The notes under the pieces: model-generated | The model's input: the letters and a program-made list of their open reading frames with translations, nothing else | Databases searched by the model: none | What the model was told of the DNA's origin: nothing | Made by a program: the position numbers and the translations under genes | Source: a virus | Strand: one strand, 5' to 3' | DNA: 64,000 nucleotides | IMG/VR virus record: IMGVR_UViG_3300042261_002391 | Location: 1 to 64,000 of that record | Shown here: one piece after another, positions 34,202 to 44,476 of the stretch | Numbering within the stretch: the first letter of the stretch is position 1 | Layout of the letters: each line of letters opens with the position of its first letter

Positions 34202-34443
34202 AAACTAATTCCATTAAAAAGCTAGTCACCTGACTAGCTTTTTTTATTGACTATAATCTTATTAAGAATCATTTTAAATAAGCATCAAACATGAAAATAA
34301 CAGCCAAAATATTTGCATATATCAATTTCAATTTATTGCCAGTTTTTAGGCGTTTTAAAGCACTCACCTTTCAACCGGATGCCTTAATCAGATTAGAAAA
34401 GATAATAAATTGCTGGGCAGATAAACCCTACCCACAGGCGTAT

Positions 34444-34476
34444 CCCACCCTCCCCGATACCCCCCAAGACCCCCCC
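34444..34476 (-). other. G-quadruplex-forming tract
   Basis: Five runs of 3-7 C on + (G on -) in 33 nt. Confidence 0.6.
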
Positions 34477-34723
34477 TTTTCACGTCCGGGGTGCAGCGTC
34501 CATGTCCCCTCATAGTTAAAAAAATTCTCTAAAAAAATTTTTAAAAATCCTAAATCATTTGCCTGATTTCCTGATACTTACGCCATTCTATTAATTTTCA
34601 CGACTAAAAAATTTTCAAAAAAAATTTGTGTGTGGCTTGTGATAATAATCTTGAAGATATTAAACGTCATATTAAAAATCTCACAAGTCATTAACGTAGT
34701 ATTTATAGATAAACATTAGTAAA

Positions 34724-35557
34724 ATGTCAGTTATTAGCATCATAAAAGAAGAGGTATACAAATTTAACGAAGAATATAATCCGGGGGATAAACAATTGTA
34801 TGGGTATCATGTAACGTCTAAAGAGAAATTAGAATCGATTTTCGCCAATGGTTTTACTGTAGGCACACGTCAGATGCAAGGCAGGGGTTTTTATGCTTTT
34901 TATGATTATAGTCATGCTGTACGATATTTAATGAAGGGTGAAATTCAGAATCCTGTAATGGTTAAGTTTGTTGTTACGTGTAAGAATTGTTTACTGTACT
35001 TGAATACTGAGATTGCCAAGCAGGTATTAGGGGCAGATTATCATTTAAAACTGCAATTAGAGCAGCAGTTTAAGTATAGGGGTGGATTAGAGTTTTTATT
35101 AAAGGAAGTTCAGACTGTATATGATAAGAATATGACGATGGAAGACTTAATACAGAAGTTAGATTATATTGAAGAAAACAATAGTGAGGGCAATCAGAGT
35201 TTTTTTATTTTTAACATGATATCTACGAATACTAATGACAGGTTAGATTTAGTATGGAATGGCAATTATGGTTTAGAATATCGAGTGAATTATGTCAGGA
35301 TATTAGACCCTATTGGTTATTATGACTACACGACAACTGACAGGAAATATTATCAGAAGCCTCAAAAGTCTATTGTACCTGATACTGAAGATTATAAAGA
35401 TTTACGTTTGATGTTACGTGATAGTAATCTTTTAGGGACGAAATCAGATTTATTAGAGTTGAAGTACAAGTTATATGATAGGTTAGCTCAGGTAAGAAAC
35501 AACAGAGATTATGACTATTTCGATAATATAATTAATCAGATACAAAATCTTATATAA
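34724..35557 (+). CDS. ADP-ribosyltransferase-like (H-Y-E clade) protein
   Basis: YHVTS...IFANGF...QGRGFY...AVRY pattern; GTATTTATA upstream; IIKEE N-terminus. Confidence 0.55.
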   Translation: MSVISIIKEEVYKFNEEYNPGDKQLYGYHVTSKEKLESIFANGFTVGTRQMQGRGFYAFYDYSHAVRYLMKGEIQNPVMVKFVVTCKNCLLYLNTEIAKQVLGADYHLKLQLEQQFKYRGGLEFLLKEVQTVYDKNMTMEDLIQKLDYIEENNSEGNQSFFIFNMISTNTNDRLDLVWNGNYGLEYRVNYVRILDPIGYYDYTTTDRKYYQKPQKSIVPDTEDYKDLRLMLRDSNLLGTKSDLLELKYKLYDRLAQVRNNRDYDYFDNIINQIQNLI

Positions 35558-36125
35558 GCAAAAAAAGAGTGGTTATATAACCGCTCTTTTTTGTTTTCAC
35601 TTCCCCATTTGTCATCATTTTAGTTCTCCACTTGTCTCATAAATTTTCTGCATCTTGGTGACATATTGTTAAAATCTCTGTCGGTGATAACACGTGGTAG
35701 TCTTATTATTTCGCCTTTTAGTTTATAGTTTGTGTTATAGAGGAATAATATTGGTAGGTAGTCATAGCCTCTGTGTAGCCATTTTTCGAGTGAATCATAG
35801 ATGAATTCACGATAGATATTGTCTTTAGGTATTGTAATAATTATCATTGTATTAGTCTTATTTGTATTTAATTATTTCGTTTGCATCGTCATTAACTAGG
35901 TATTCGAGCACTTCCATTACTCTCAGGTCTTCTTTTCTCATTATGCCACAATAGTCCCATTTTTCCGGGTTGGATATATATTCCATCCATTTTTTTAGTT
36001 CTTCGGGTTTGTCTTGGCAATACTCGACTTTATTTTTAGCTTCATGAATAATTTTGGTAAGTAATGACTTGCGTAATTCAGCTAAAAGTTTATGTGCTTT
36101 ATATTCTATTTTTTCTGCCATACAA

Positions 36126-36569
36126 TTATCGCATTATAGTGTCGTCGATTTTCAATAATTGTTTTTCCTTGTCATCAGGTCGATAAACAACGATTAATTC
36201 TTTATTGAAGTTCCTAAAGTTAATTAGTTCCAAGAATGTTTTATTTTGGAATGCTTTAGATTTAGCTTCGTTTGCTGATAATGCGAAGGTTGAGAAATAT
36301 ATCGATTTTTGATTAGGATTTGTATCGGATTCCGGGTAGCCATATTTAACAACCCATAGTTCGAGTTCGATTGTATCTACATCAACAAAATCCATATATG
36401 GATATTGTTTATCGGTGAATGTTTCGTTGTAGTCACAATGATTGCATTTATGTGGAAATTTTGCCGGGTATGTTGAATATACTACGCCAGTTGGTCTGAG
36501 GAATCCCACATTACATTTAGGACATTTAAAATCGACTTGTACTGTTTTAACATCTTTTCTAGTTTCCAT
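36126..36569 (-). CDS. Zinc-ribbon protein
   Basis: CPKC...HKCNHC. Confidence 0.65.
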   Translation of the reverse strand: METRKDVKTVQVDFKCPKCNVGFLRPTGVVYSTYPAKFPHKCNHCDYNETFTDKQYPYMDFVDVDTIELELWVVKYGYPESDTNPNQKSIYFSTFALSANEAKSKAFQNKTFLELINFRNFNKELIVVYRPDDKEKQLLKIDDTIMR

Positions 36570-36822
36570 TTTTCTTCTCTTTTTTAAGATATGATATTAC
36601 TGTCTTCAATGCCATGTGGTAGTCATATTCTTCTTTGGTTATTTCTTCTTTATCGTCGAATGAATGTTGACCTGCGCCTACTTCAAAATTGCGATAATAT
36701 CTACCATTTTCTTCGGTGTACCAGTAACCAGCACCACGTAATGATGTTAAAACATCAATAGGGTCGATTTCCACCTTTGTTCTTAAATTTCCCCAAACTT
36801 CCATAGTGTTTTTATTTAAAAT

Positions 36823-38127
36823 TTATAATATAAATGCATTATAACTATCATCGACCACTCCTTTGATATCGTATATAATTGATTTATCGTCTTTTTTAAA
36901 TTGATTCAAATCAATTGTAAGAAATTCGTTATGAGCGACGGCTAATGTGATGATATCATATTTTCCCAATTCAGATATATTGTTAATTATATCAATATCG
37001 TATTCTGTTTTTGCTTGTTCTTTATTTACCCAAGGGTCATAGATATCAATGTCATATACGCCTAATTTATTTAGTTGATTGCAGATGTCCACGACTTTGG
37101 TATTACGGATGTCGGTACAATTTTCTTTGAATGTAAAGCCGAGAATTAATATTTTTATAGTTGTAGTATTTCCGTATTTGCGATTTACCAGCATTTTAAC
37201 TGCGACATATTTTGGAAAGCCTTCGTTTACTTTACGTGCATCACTAATAAAATCGGGACGTACACCATATTTTTTAGCTTCTTCGATAAGGTAATATGGG
37301 TCAACGCCAATGCAATGACCACCTACGAGTCCCGGAGTGAATTTCAAGAAATTCCATTTAGTCCCGGCAGCGTTTATAACGTCGTATATATTTATACCCA
37401 TTGCCCGGTAAACAATTGCAAGTTCATTCATTAACGCAATATTTACGTCACGTTGGATATTCTCTGTTATTTTAGCTGCTTCAGCAACTTTAATGCTTGG
37501 TGCGAGATATGTACCGATTGTAATTACTTTTCGATATACGTCATCGATTAATTTAGCTGCTTCGGGGTTTGAGCCTGATGTTATCTTAATAACCTTATCA
37601 ATTGTGTGAATACTATCGCCCGGGTTAACACGTTCAGGTGAATATCCCACATAGAAATCAGTATTACAGATTAACTTTGAATCTAATTGTAGTAAAGGTA
37701 TGCATATGTTTTCAGTTGCTCCCGGGAAGACTGTTGATTCATATACAACAATATCGTCTTTTTTCAACACGGCACTAACGCTACGTGTTGCGAATTTAAG
37801 TGTCGTTATGTCAGGGTTATTATCTTGGTCGATTGGTGTAGGGACAGTAACAATATAGAAGTTACAGTTTTTAACGTCCTCAAGTTTATCGCTAACATAT
37901 AATCCAATTTGATTTGTTTCTGCCGGGTTATCATTAATCAACACAGAAATCAATAATTCCTTATCAACCTCAAGTGTAGTATCATTACCAGCACGCAATT
38001 CATTAACTCTACGTGAGTTTATATCAATACCTACGACTGGAAATTTTGTGGCGAATAATCTGGCTAAAGGTAGTCCAACATATCCTAAGCCAATTACGGC
38101 AATTTTAATATTATCAATATTATTCAT
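36823..38127 (-). CDS. Nucleotide-sugar dehydrogenase (UDP-GlcNAc/GalNAc 6-dehydrogenase, WbpO/TviB-like)
   Basis: GLGYVGLPLA, YESTVFPG, GYSPERVNPG, GLVGGHCIGVDPYYL and GFTFKENCTDIRN motifs. Confidence 0.92.
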   Translation of the reverse strand: MNNIDNIKIAVIGLGYVGLPLARLFATKFPVVGIDINSRRVNELRAGNDTTLEVDKELLISVLINDNPAETNQIGLYVSDKLEDVKNCNFYIVTVPTPIDQDNNPDITTLKFATRSVSAVLKKDDIVVYESTVFPGATENICIPLLQLDSKLICNTDFYVGYSPERVNPGDSIHTIDKVIKITSGSNPEAAKLIDDVYRKVITIGTYLAPSIKVAEAAKITENIQRDVNIALMNELAIVYRAMGINIYDVINAAGTKWNFLKFTPGLVGGHCIGVDPYYLIEEAKKYGVRPDFISDARKVNEGFPKYVAVKMLVNRKYGNTTTIKILILGFTFKENCTDIRNTKVVDICNQLNKLGVYDIDIYDPWVNKEQAKTEYDIDIINNISELGKYDIITLAVAHNEFLTIDLNQFKKDDKSIIYDIKGVVDDSYNAFIL

Positions 38128-38185
38128 TATAAACTATATTGACGCAAAACTACTTATATTTATTTGAAAATACAAGGGTTTATAT

Positions 38186-39088
38186 CTATTTTTTCAATTC
38201 TTTTTCAAGAATTGTTGCCATGTTTTCGAGTTTACGCACAATTGAATTTTCATATAGTTTTTCCACGATTGAGTTTCCCCTCATATATTCAATAGTTGAT
38301 TCGCCATACATTTCGATTACTTTTGAATCTTCACACATATGATTAATTCTCGCATTGTCGAACATTTTTTCAACAATAGACCAGTCACGCATTTCTTCAA
38401 TAACAGAGTGTCCGTGCATTTCCATAACTTTAGACATATGTGCAAGCCTATCTGCTTTGGAGGCTTCATGCATTTCTTCAATATAAGCATCGCCTTTAAC
38501 CATTACAATGCGTGAATGGTCAAACATTTTACAAACCTTAGCATCTTCAGTCATTTTCATGATTTTACTATATTGGTACAACTCTTTAACCTTAGCACAC
38601 CCCATTAATTCAATTATTTTTGTACCGTCGTGCATTTCTTCAATATAACAATCATCGGTGACAAGTCGTATTTCTGTACTATCTTCAACAATTTTTATTC
38701 TAGCATTATCATACATAGCAAAGATTACTGAATACTTAACTTCACCTATACTAGCGTTTTTAGTTAAGATTGCACCTTCATTTAACAATAGATTTCTACG
38801 ACCTTTAATAATCATAGAGAATATGATTTGATTTAGTTTAGCAATTATAGCATCTTGAAAAGCACCATTGAACCATTCCGGGATGAATGTTTCTTCCACA
38901 ACTAAACGATATTCATCTAGCTCATCTAAACGTGACCCTTCTTTAGGCGAATATGTTGCCCGGAAGAATGTTTTATTTTCAATATCATCAGGAGTGATAT
39001 ACTTTTCAATCAAATCGTTATGTGATTTTGCAAATATATTATGAATCACATCTCCATTCTTTTTAATTAAAACCAAGTAAAATTCCAT
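38186..39088 (-). CDS. Beta-helix repeat protein
   Basis: About 9-residue MxxxSxVxE repeats in the C-terminal half. Confidence 0.7.
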   Translation of the reverse strand: MEFYLVLIKKNGDVIHNIFAKSHNDLIEKYITPDDIENKTFFRATYSPKEGSRLDELDEYRLVVEETFIPEWFNGAFQDAIIAKLNQIIFSMIIKGRRNLLLNEGAILTKNASIGEVKYSVIFAMYDNARIKIVEDSTEIRLVTDDCYIEEMHDGTKIIELMGCAKVKELYQYSKIMKMTEDAKVCKMFDHSRIVMVKGDAYIEEMHEASKADRLAHMSKVMEMHGHSVIEEMRDWSIVEKMFDNARINHMCEDSKVIEMYGESTIEYMRGNSIVEKLYENSIVRKLENMATILEKELKK

Positions 39089-39126
39089 AGTCGTTTTTTC
39101 ATAAATATGAAAAAAATAAAAAAAAT

Positions 39127-39158
39127 ATTGAAAAAATGTAACCTTTTTAAATATCTAA
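39127..39158 (+). promoter_or_regulatory. ECF-type promoter overlapping a host-type TATATTTG
   Basis: TGTAAC-N16-CGTATATTTG upstream of the tRNA-like cluster. Confidence 0.75.
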
Positions 39159-39230
39159 CGTATATTTGTGTATCCTAGTTGGAAGACGAGGATTGCATTG
39201 GAGATAATTACGTAATAATACCAATGTATC

Positions 39231-39304
39231 TGTGACGTAGCGCAGTTGGTTAGCGTGCCTCCGGGATAGGGAGAAAGTCGTAGGTTCAAGTCCTGCCGTC
39301 ACTA
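39231..39304 (+). ncRNA. tRNA-like RNA, non-canonical anticodon loop GGGATAG
   Basis: Good acceptor, D and T arms; no U33. Confidence 0.7.
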
Positions 39305-39309
39305 CAAAG

Positions 39310-39384
39310 CAGCAATATAGCATAATTGGTAAATGTGCCTGCCAGTGTTGTAGGAGATTAAGATTCGAGTTCTTTTTATTGTTG
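39310..39384 (+). ncRNA. tRNA-like RNA, non-canonical anticodon loop CAGTGTT
   Basis: Cloverleaf with TTCGAGT T loop; no U33 or purine 37. Confidence 0.6.
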
Positions 39385-39457
39385 GGTTGAAAGCATATTA
39401 AGTACTGTATGCGGTTCAACAAAACATCGAAAATAAGTGTACATATGTTTCGATGTT

Positions 39458-39531
39458 GAGCGTGCCTTCTATGTGGTGTGGATACTCCCTGATTTGTGGA
39501 GAAATTGTTGGTTCAAGTCCAATCACGCTCG
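39458..39531 (+). ncRNA. tRNA-like RNA, degenerate D arm and anticodon loop
   Basis: GAGCGTG/CACGCTC acceptor; GTTGG-TTCAAGT-CCAAT T arm. Confidence 0.6.
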
Positions 39532-39667
39532 CTTTTTGGGGTCTGCTAAAAACAGACACGTGGTTGATATTAGAATGCTTAACGAACCCGAAATTGCCAG
39601 AGTCTGGTTTACTATAGAATGCTTAACAGACCGAAATGCTCTGGCAATTTCCCAAATTTTTAAAACT

Positions 39668-40060
39668 ATGAATAAAATTTATCCAGTAATTCAAGTACCA
39701 GCGAATGGCAAACCGGATTGGTACACAGGAGCGAGGACTCTTTGTTTTGTATATTCTAAGCATCATGGAAACTTCATTCTTGAAGGTTATCGTGGTGAAG
39801 TAATGGAATTTCTTAAAAAGAACTGCACACATTATTTTTATTACGTGTCGATGTGGCATAATGGAAAAGCCAGAGGACATTGGGGTTTTTGGAGAAATTA
39901 TATCACCATAGCTGAACCCGATAAGCGAGTACCAAAGTATAGGAAGCCGGAACACAAATATCGAATATTTACTCGACCAGATGGTTACAGCAATTCAATT
40001 GAGGTAATGAAATTAAAAAGATTACCAAAACGTTGGATACCTGATTTTGATGACTTATAA
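39668..40060 (+). CDS. Hypothetical basic aromatic-rich protein
   Basis: Probable start MNKIYP; the upstream GTG extension overlaps RNA elements. Confidence 0.7.
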   Translation: MNKIYPVIQVPANGKPDWYTGARTLCFVYSKHHGNFILEGYRGEVMEFLKKNCTHYFYYVSMWHNGKARGHWGFWRNYITIAEPDKRVPKYRKPEHKYRIFTRPDGYSNSIEVMKLKRLPKRWIPDFDDL

Positions 40061-40926
40061 TTTTTTATATCTACTACCGTAACAATATGGACAGATTTTT
40101 TTACCCGCAGTGGATGTATTATCATCAATAATACCATTACCACAGCAATATGGGCATATTTGAAAAACAGGAATTTGATTTTTTAGAACATCAATTCTAT
40201 TTAGCACTGCCTCATCGATTTTCCAATAGTCGAATTCATTTTCTTTGGGTTCATAATAATGCTGCATGTAAGTAGTTATATCTTCATATAGCTCATACAT
40301 TCCATTAAAATTGGTAATAAGTTCCCATGTAGTTGCGGGGGTATTGGTATTCCATCGAACTTGGTATGCTTTTTCGGTTACCAATAAAATGGTGATACAC
40401 AATAATGAACTGCTTGATGAAGTCATTCGTATTAAATAAGAATGATTTGCTTCTAAATTTTTATTAATCGACATATCCAATAATTTTTAATGATTTTGGG
40501 TCACAAAGTAATTTTACTTCTCTTCCTTCCTTTTCGATATAAACAATTTGTTTTTTACCAACTAAATTATCCCGGTGAAGTGTTCTACCCTTCAAGCCGG
40601 TTTTAGTTTCAACTAAATATCCTGAATTTCTACTCATGGCATTGATTGTTTTTTACCTACGACCATAATTACACGAATTTTTGGTGTAGAATCATTTAAT
40701 AATGGATATTCATTAGCTTCATGATAATGGATTATTTCGAAACCATCGGCAACTAAATCATAAAAAATTATTTGAAGTTCAGCAAGAGTTACTGATTCTT
40801 CAATTCGTTTGTATTTTATATATCGCTCCATATCACATTAAACCGCAAATTTATTAAATTTAAATGTAAATTGCAAGTTTTTTTGTATTTATAAGAAAAT
40901 AATTTAAGTATTAATTTTTAACTATT

Positions 40927-41088
40927 ATGAGCAAGGAAAGAGATATTGAGATATTAGAGTATAAAATCACTGAAATCGTTGAAAAAATAGCTGCATTTAA
41001 AAAACACGGTATTTCGGAGAAAAAAATGGAAAATCTAATAAGAATGAAAATAAAATACGAAGACCAATTAATCGAATTAAAGCAATAA
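40927..41088 (+). CDS. Small coiled-coil protein (53 aa)
   Basis: MSKERDIE...ELKQ; GTATTTATA upstream, terminator downstream. Confidence 0.55.
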   Translation: MSKERDIEILEYKITEIVEKIAAFKKHGISEKKMENLIRMKIKYEDQLIELKQ

Positions 41089-41678
41089 AAAAAGGGTAGC
41101 CTCAGACTACCCTTTTTTTATTTTGTATAAAATTTCTCACAAAACTAACATCCCTGTCGTATTCACTTGAGTATAAAACAATATCCTCAATATATTTTTG
41201 ATGTCCATCATTATAATATTCAATGAATTCAATACAGATTGCAATTATATCGGCTTCAGTTGTTTTATTCTTTTTGTATAGATTTAGAACCACCACAGCA
41301 CACCATGCCTTAACATCTTTATGTAGTTCAGTATGATAGAGTTTAAAGTATTTTTGAAGATAATCTATCACATATATTTTTTCAATAATGTGATTTTTAT
41401 CACTTAAACCATCAGCAATTTCACCATATGTTTTAATTAAAACATCTGTATCAATAACTGGAAGATTATTAACAATATCTGTTATAGTACTACTCATTTT
41501 TTACATAAAAAGGAATGTGTATTTATTTAAATAAAACGTGTTGTAAAATAAGTCTTGATTCTTAAATCATTAATCTTTAATCCCTGAATACACGAAAATT
41601 GAACATTCAAATCGTTATCGTTTCATGTCGGAAATCAACACAGTGTCTTATATCAACAAATAACACATTCCAATACAA

Positions 41679-42131
41679 TTATTCATCCATTCCCCAAGGA
41701 ATGTCGGTTGTGTAGTTAAAAGTATCTAATTCTTCTTGCAATGCATCGACTTTTTTCTGAAATTGATTGACAATTGTGTTGCGGGTATTTTCGTCATATT
41801 GAACTTCATATTCCCGGAGCATTTCTGCGTAACCTGAAGTTTGTGCGCCTTCAACAACGCTTACTTCATTCCAAAAAACAATCAATGCTTTATATTCAGC
41901 AAGCAAATATATCTTAGACTGAATCTCACGATTGGCTTCGTTGATGACATATTTTAATGCAGTAAGAGTTTCAATCTTACGTAATAATTCAGTATATGCT
42001 TCATCAACGCTAAATTTTTTACCGTTCTGTGAACCAACAAGATACGAGTTCTTATCTTTAATTTGTTGCTTTAGTTTGACAATTTCGCCAACTAAACTCT
42101 TTTTTAATTTTAATGCCTTATATAGTTTCAT
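41679..42131 (-). CDS. DIP1984-like coiled-coil protein
   Basis: MKLxKALxLK...INEAN...LQEELDxFN pattern. Confidence 0.5.
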   Translation of the reverse strand: MKLYKALKLKKSLVGEIVKLKQQIKDKNSYLVGSQNGKKFSVDEAYTELLRKIETLTALKYVINEANREIQSKIYLLAEYKALIVFWNEVSVVEGAQTSGYAEMLREYEVQYDENTRNTIVNQFQKKVDALQEELDTFNYTTDIPWGMDE

Positions 42132-42183
42132 AACTAAAATTTTGTACAAAGAAAGTTAATTATATTTGAAAATACAAGTGTTT

Positions 42184-43071
42184 TTAAATTTTTGTTTTAA
42201 TCCTGAAATCAACTGACCATCCGATTGGCATGTGTTGTGGATTCATTGTATCGATAAAGTGGTTTCGCCAGAGCTTAACAAAATTTTCGATTTTATCTTC
42301 AGAATCAAGTTTTTGAATCACGTGATAGCCGTGGTCATAATACATTCTATTTTCAGCTTTAAACTTATCAACATTATTAAAATGTTCATCTGACAAATAT
42401 TTGTAAATCTTGTATAACTGCAGATAATTATAGCTACATAATGTTTCAAACGGAATACCACTTAACTCAGAAATAAGCTTTAATTTTTCCAATTTCAGTT
42501 CATAACTAATCCAATGATATGATTTAAATAATGAACCAATATTACTAATTAAAATCACATCATCACGACTAAATTCACGAAGTTTGGTGGTATATTCTGC
42601 ATTGAGTTCAGCAATTGTTTTAACGCCATAAATTCGGGCAATTTCATCCTTAAATTGGGTTGCTTTCACTTCATAATCAGCATGTGGCTTATAATTGATT
42701 AAAACAACATCATGATGATTTTTAGACTTATATTCTTCCGGGAAGAAAGACCTATAGCAATATGGAACAATGTGGTGGCGTTGCAGTCCATCTACAACGC
42801 CACTAACAACACATCTGTTTTCACGAGCATTTCTACCAAATTCCTCATTGTCTTCAAAACCATTACCACGTGGGTCGAAGGTGAATTTAATTTTCTTGTT
42901 GCCAATGACTTTAGCAAGGTCTTTTTCCAAGTACCACATTGCTTTTTTCTCACCACAAGTAAACATATGTCTACCATTCGGGTGATGTACCATCCAATTT
43001 TCCTTGTTGAGACTATTACTGCCTTCAATCAATACATTATTATTATTTTTCTTAAACTGATTACCGTTCAT
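42184..43071 (-). CDS. HNH-like protein resembling the EXD2 C-terminal domain
   Basis: TCGEKKAMWYLEK, ENRCVVSG...RHHIVPYCYRSFFP...KSKNHHDVVL and WRNHFIDTMNPQHMPIGWSVD motifs. Confidence 0.75.
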   Translation of the reverse strand: MNGNQFKKNNNNVLIEGSNSLNKENWMVHHPNGRHMFTCGEKKAMWYLEKDLAKVIGNKKIKFTFDPRGNGFEDNEEFGRNARENRCVVSGVVDGLQRHHIVPYCYRSFFPEEYKSKNHHDVVLINYKPHADYEVKATQFKDEIARIYGVKTIAELNAEYTTKLREFSRDDVILISNIGSLFKSYHWISYELKLEKLKLISELSGIPFETLCSYNYLQLYKIYKYLSDEHFNNVDKFKAENRMYYDHGYHVIQKLDSEDKIENFVKLWRNHFIDTMNPQHMPIGWSVDFRIKTKI

Positions 43072-44062
43072 AATAAATCAACATAAATCGATTTTTAATT
43101 GCTTCATAGGATGAATTTAAAATAAAATCATTATAGTCATCATCTAAAGCGTTTTTAAATTTTGAAATAGCTGCACCTAATTCACCGCCCCGTAAATCAG
43201 GTAGCCAAGACATAACAATATCACCATTAAATTTTTGTGAAATCATTTTGTTCCGGGCATCGATTTTGTTTAATCTATCGAGTTCGCCAGTCAAATTAGC
43301 TTCAGGAAAATATTGACTAATTATATCAACATAATCACTTTTGTTACGATTAAACGGATATGAAACATTAATTTCATTATCCTTTAAGTAGTTAAGGAAT
43401 AGATGATATGAACCACGTTTACGATTTCTTTTTTTATCGATGCTGTTTAGGTTTTCCATTTGAAACATAACAGTATCAAAATACTTTCCAGCAATGCAAA
43501 ATTTAAAAATATCTTCAAGCGTATCGAAACCTTGAAGGTATCTATCGTAATCGTATCCACCAAATTCAAAAATTTTTCGTGCATCATTACTCAACAAAAT
43601 ATCGTGTGAGTTTGAACCTTTAAAATTCCTGAATTTGTAAAAAAGTCCCTGCCATCCATATGACAAACCAAACTTATGGTATGTTTTACCCATGATATTA
43701 CCAAGCGGGTCGTAAGAAAAATAAATCTTTGCTGTTTCCCACTTAGTGTTGATAATTGGGATGATGTCAACCTGAAAATTCTTATAATCGAATGAATACA
43801 CACCACCGTTGCAATAAATAGCATTAGGTTTGAAAGTAAATTCAATATAATTTTTCCAATTGATATTTGAATTATGGTCAACCATAACTAACAAATCCAA
43901 ATCTCCATGAGTTTCTTTAGTATGGTAACAAGTGACTACTTCACAAATAGTATTGAAGTCAGATGATACTATCTGAGCTAATTCATAACCGATTTGTTTG
44001 AATTCATCGGTGTTTTTTCTCTCAGTAAAAACACCATATTTTTGTAATGCTCTTCCTCCCAT
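43061..44062 (-). CDS. Pol-beta superfamily nucleotidyltransferase
   Basis: KETHGDLDLLV and FQVDII; ECF-type promoter at 44094-44122. Confidence 0.7.
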   Translation of the reverse strand: MGGRALQKYGVFTERKNTDEFKQIGYELAQIVSSDFNTICEVVTCYHTKETHGDLDLLVMVDHNSNINWKNYIEFTFKPNAIYCNGGVYSFDYKNFQVDIIPIINTKWETAKIYFSYDPLGNIMGKTYHKFGLSYGWQGLFYKFRNFKGSNSHDILLSNDARKIFEFGGYDYDRYLQGFDTLEDIFKFCIAGKYFDTVMFQMENLNSIDKKRNRKRGSYHLFLNYLKDNEINVSYPFNRNKSDYVDIISQYFPEANLTGELDRLNKIDARNKMISQKFNGDIVMSWLPDLRGGELGAAISKFKNALDDDYNDFILNSSYEAIKNRFMLIYYER

Positions 44063-44476
44063 TTCAATTTATTTTTCGTTAATATTTTGCAATTATACGA
44101 AAAATAAATTGAATATGTTACAGGTTTTATTAAAATATTTTAAAAGAAATCGTATTGTCTAGGATATCAGGCTCAGACATTGACCAATTTTCAGTTTCTT
44201 CTATTTCATCTAAAAATATTTCAAGTAGTTCATGGTCTTCATCATAAGCTTCTTGTAATAATTCTTCAGTACTTATAGATTCAAAATCGAAAATTTCTTC
44301 TTCTTCTCCATCTTCATTAATATATGGTATTGAAGTTTCTTCAGGACAATTATCTAAATCATACGACCAAACTATACAATTTCCATCCAATGAATAATTA
44401 CCATTAATCTCATCATCGATGAATTTACTTTCAATTCTTTCGAATAGTTGTTTTATGTTCATATTTAACTATTATA

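Noticed and set aside
34291-34515. 74-aa Pro-rich ORF
   Set aside because: The prolines simply reflect the C-run tract; likely non-coding.
39437-39667. N-terminal extension of the 39437..40060 ORF
   Set aside because: Overlaps a tRNA-like RNA and leader hairpins; ATG 39668 has the typical A-rich context.
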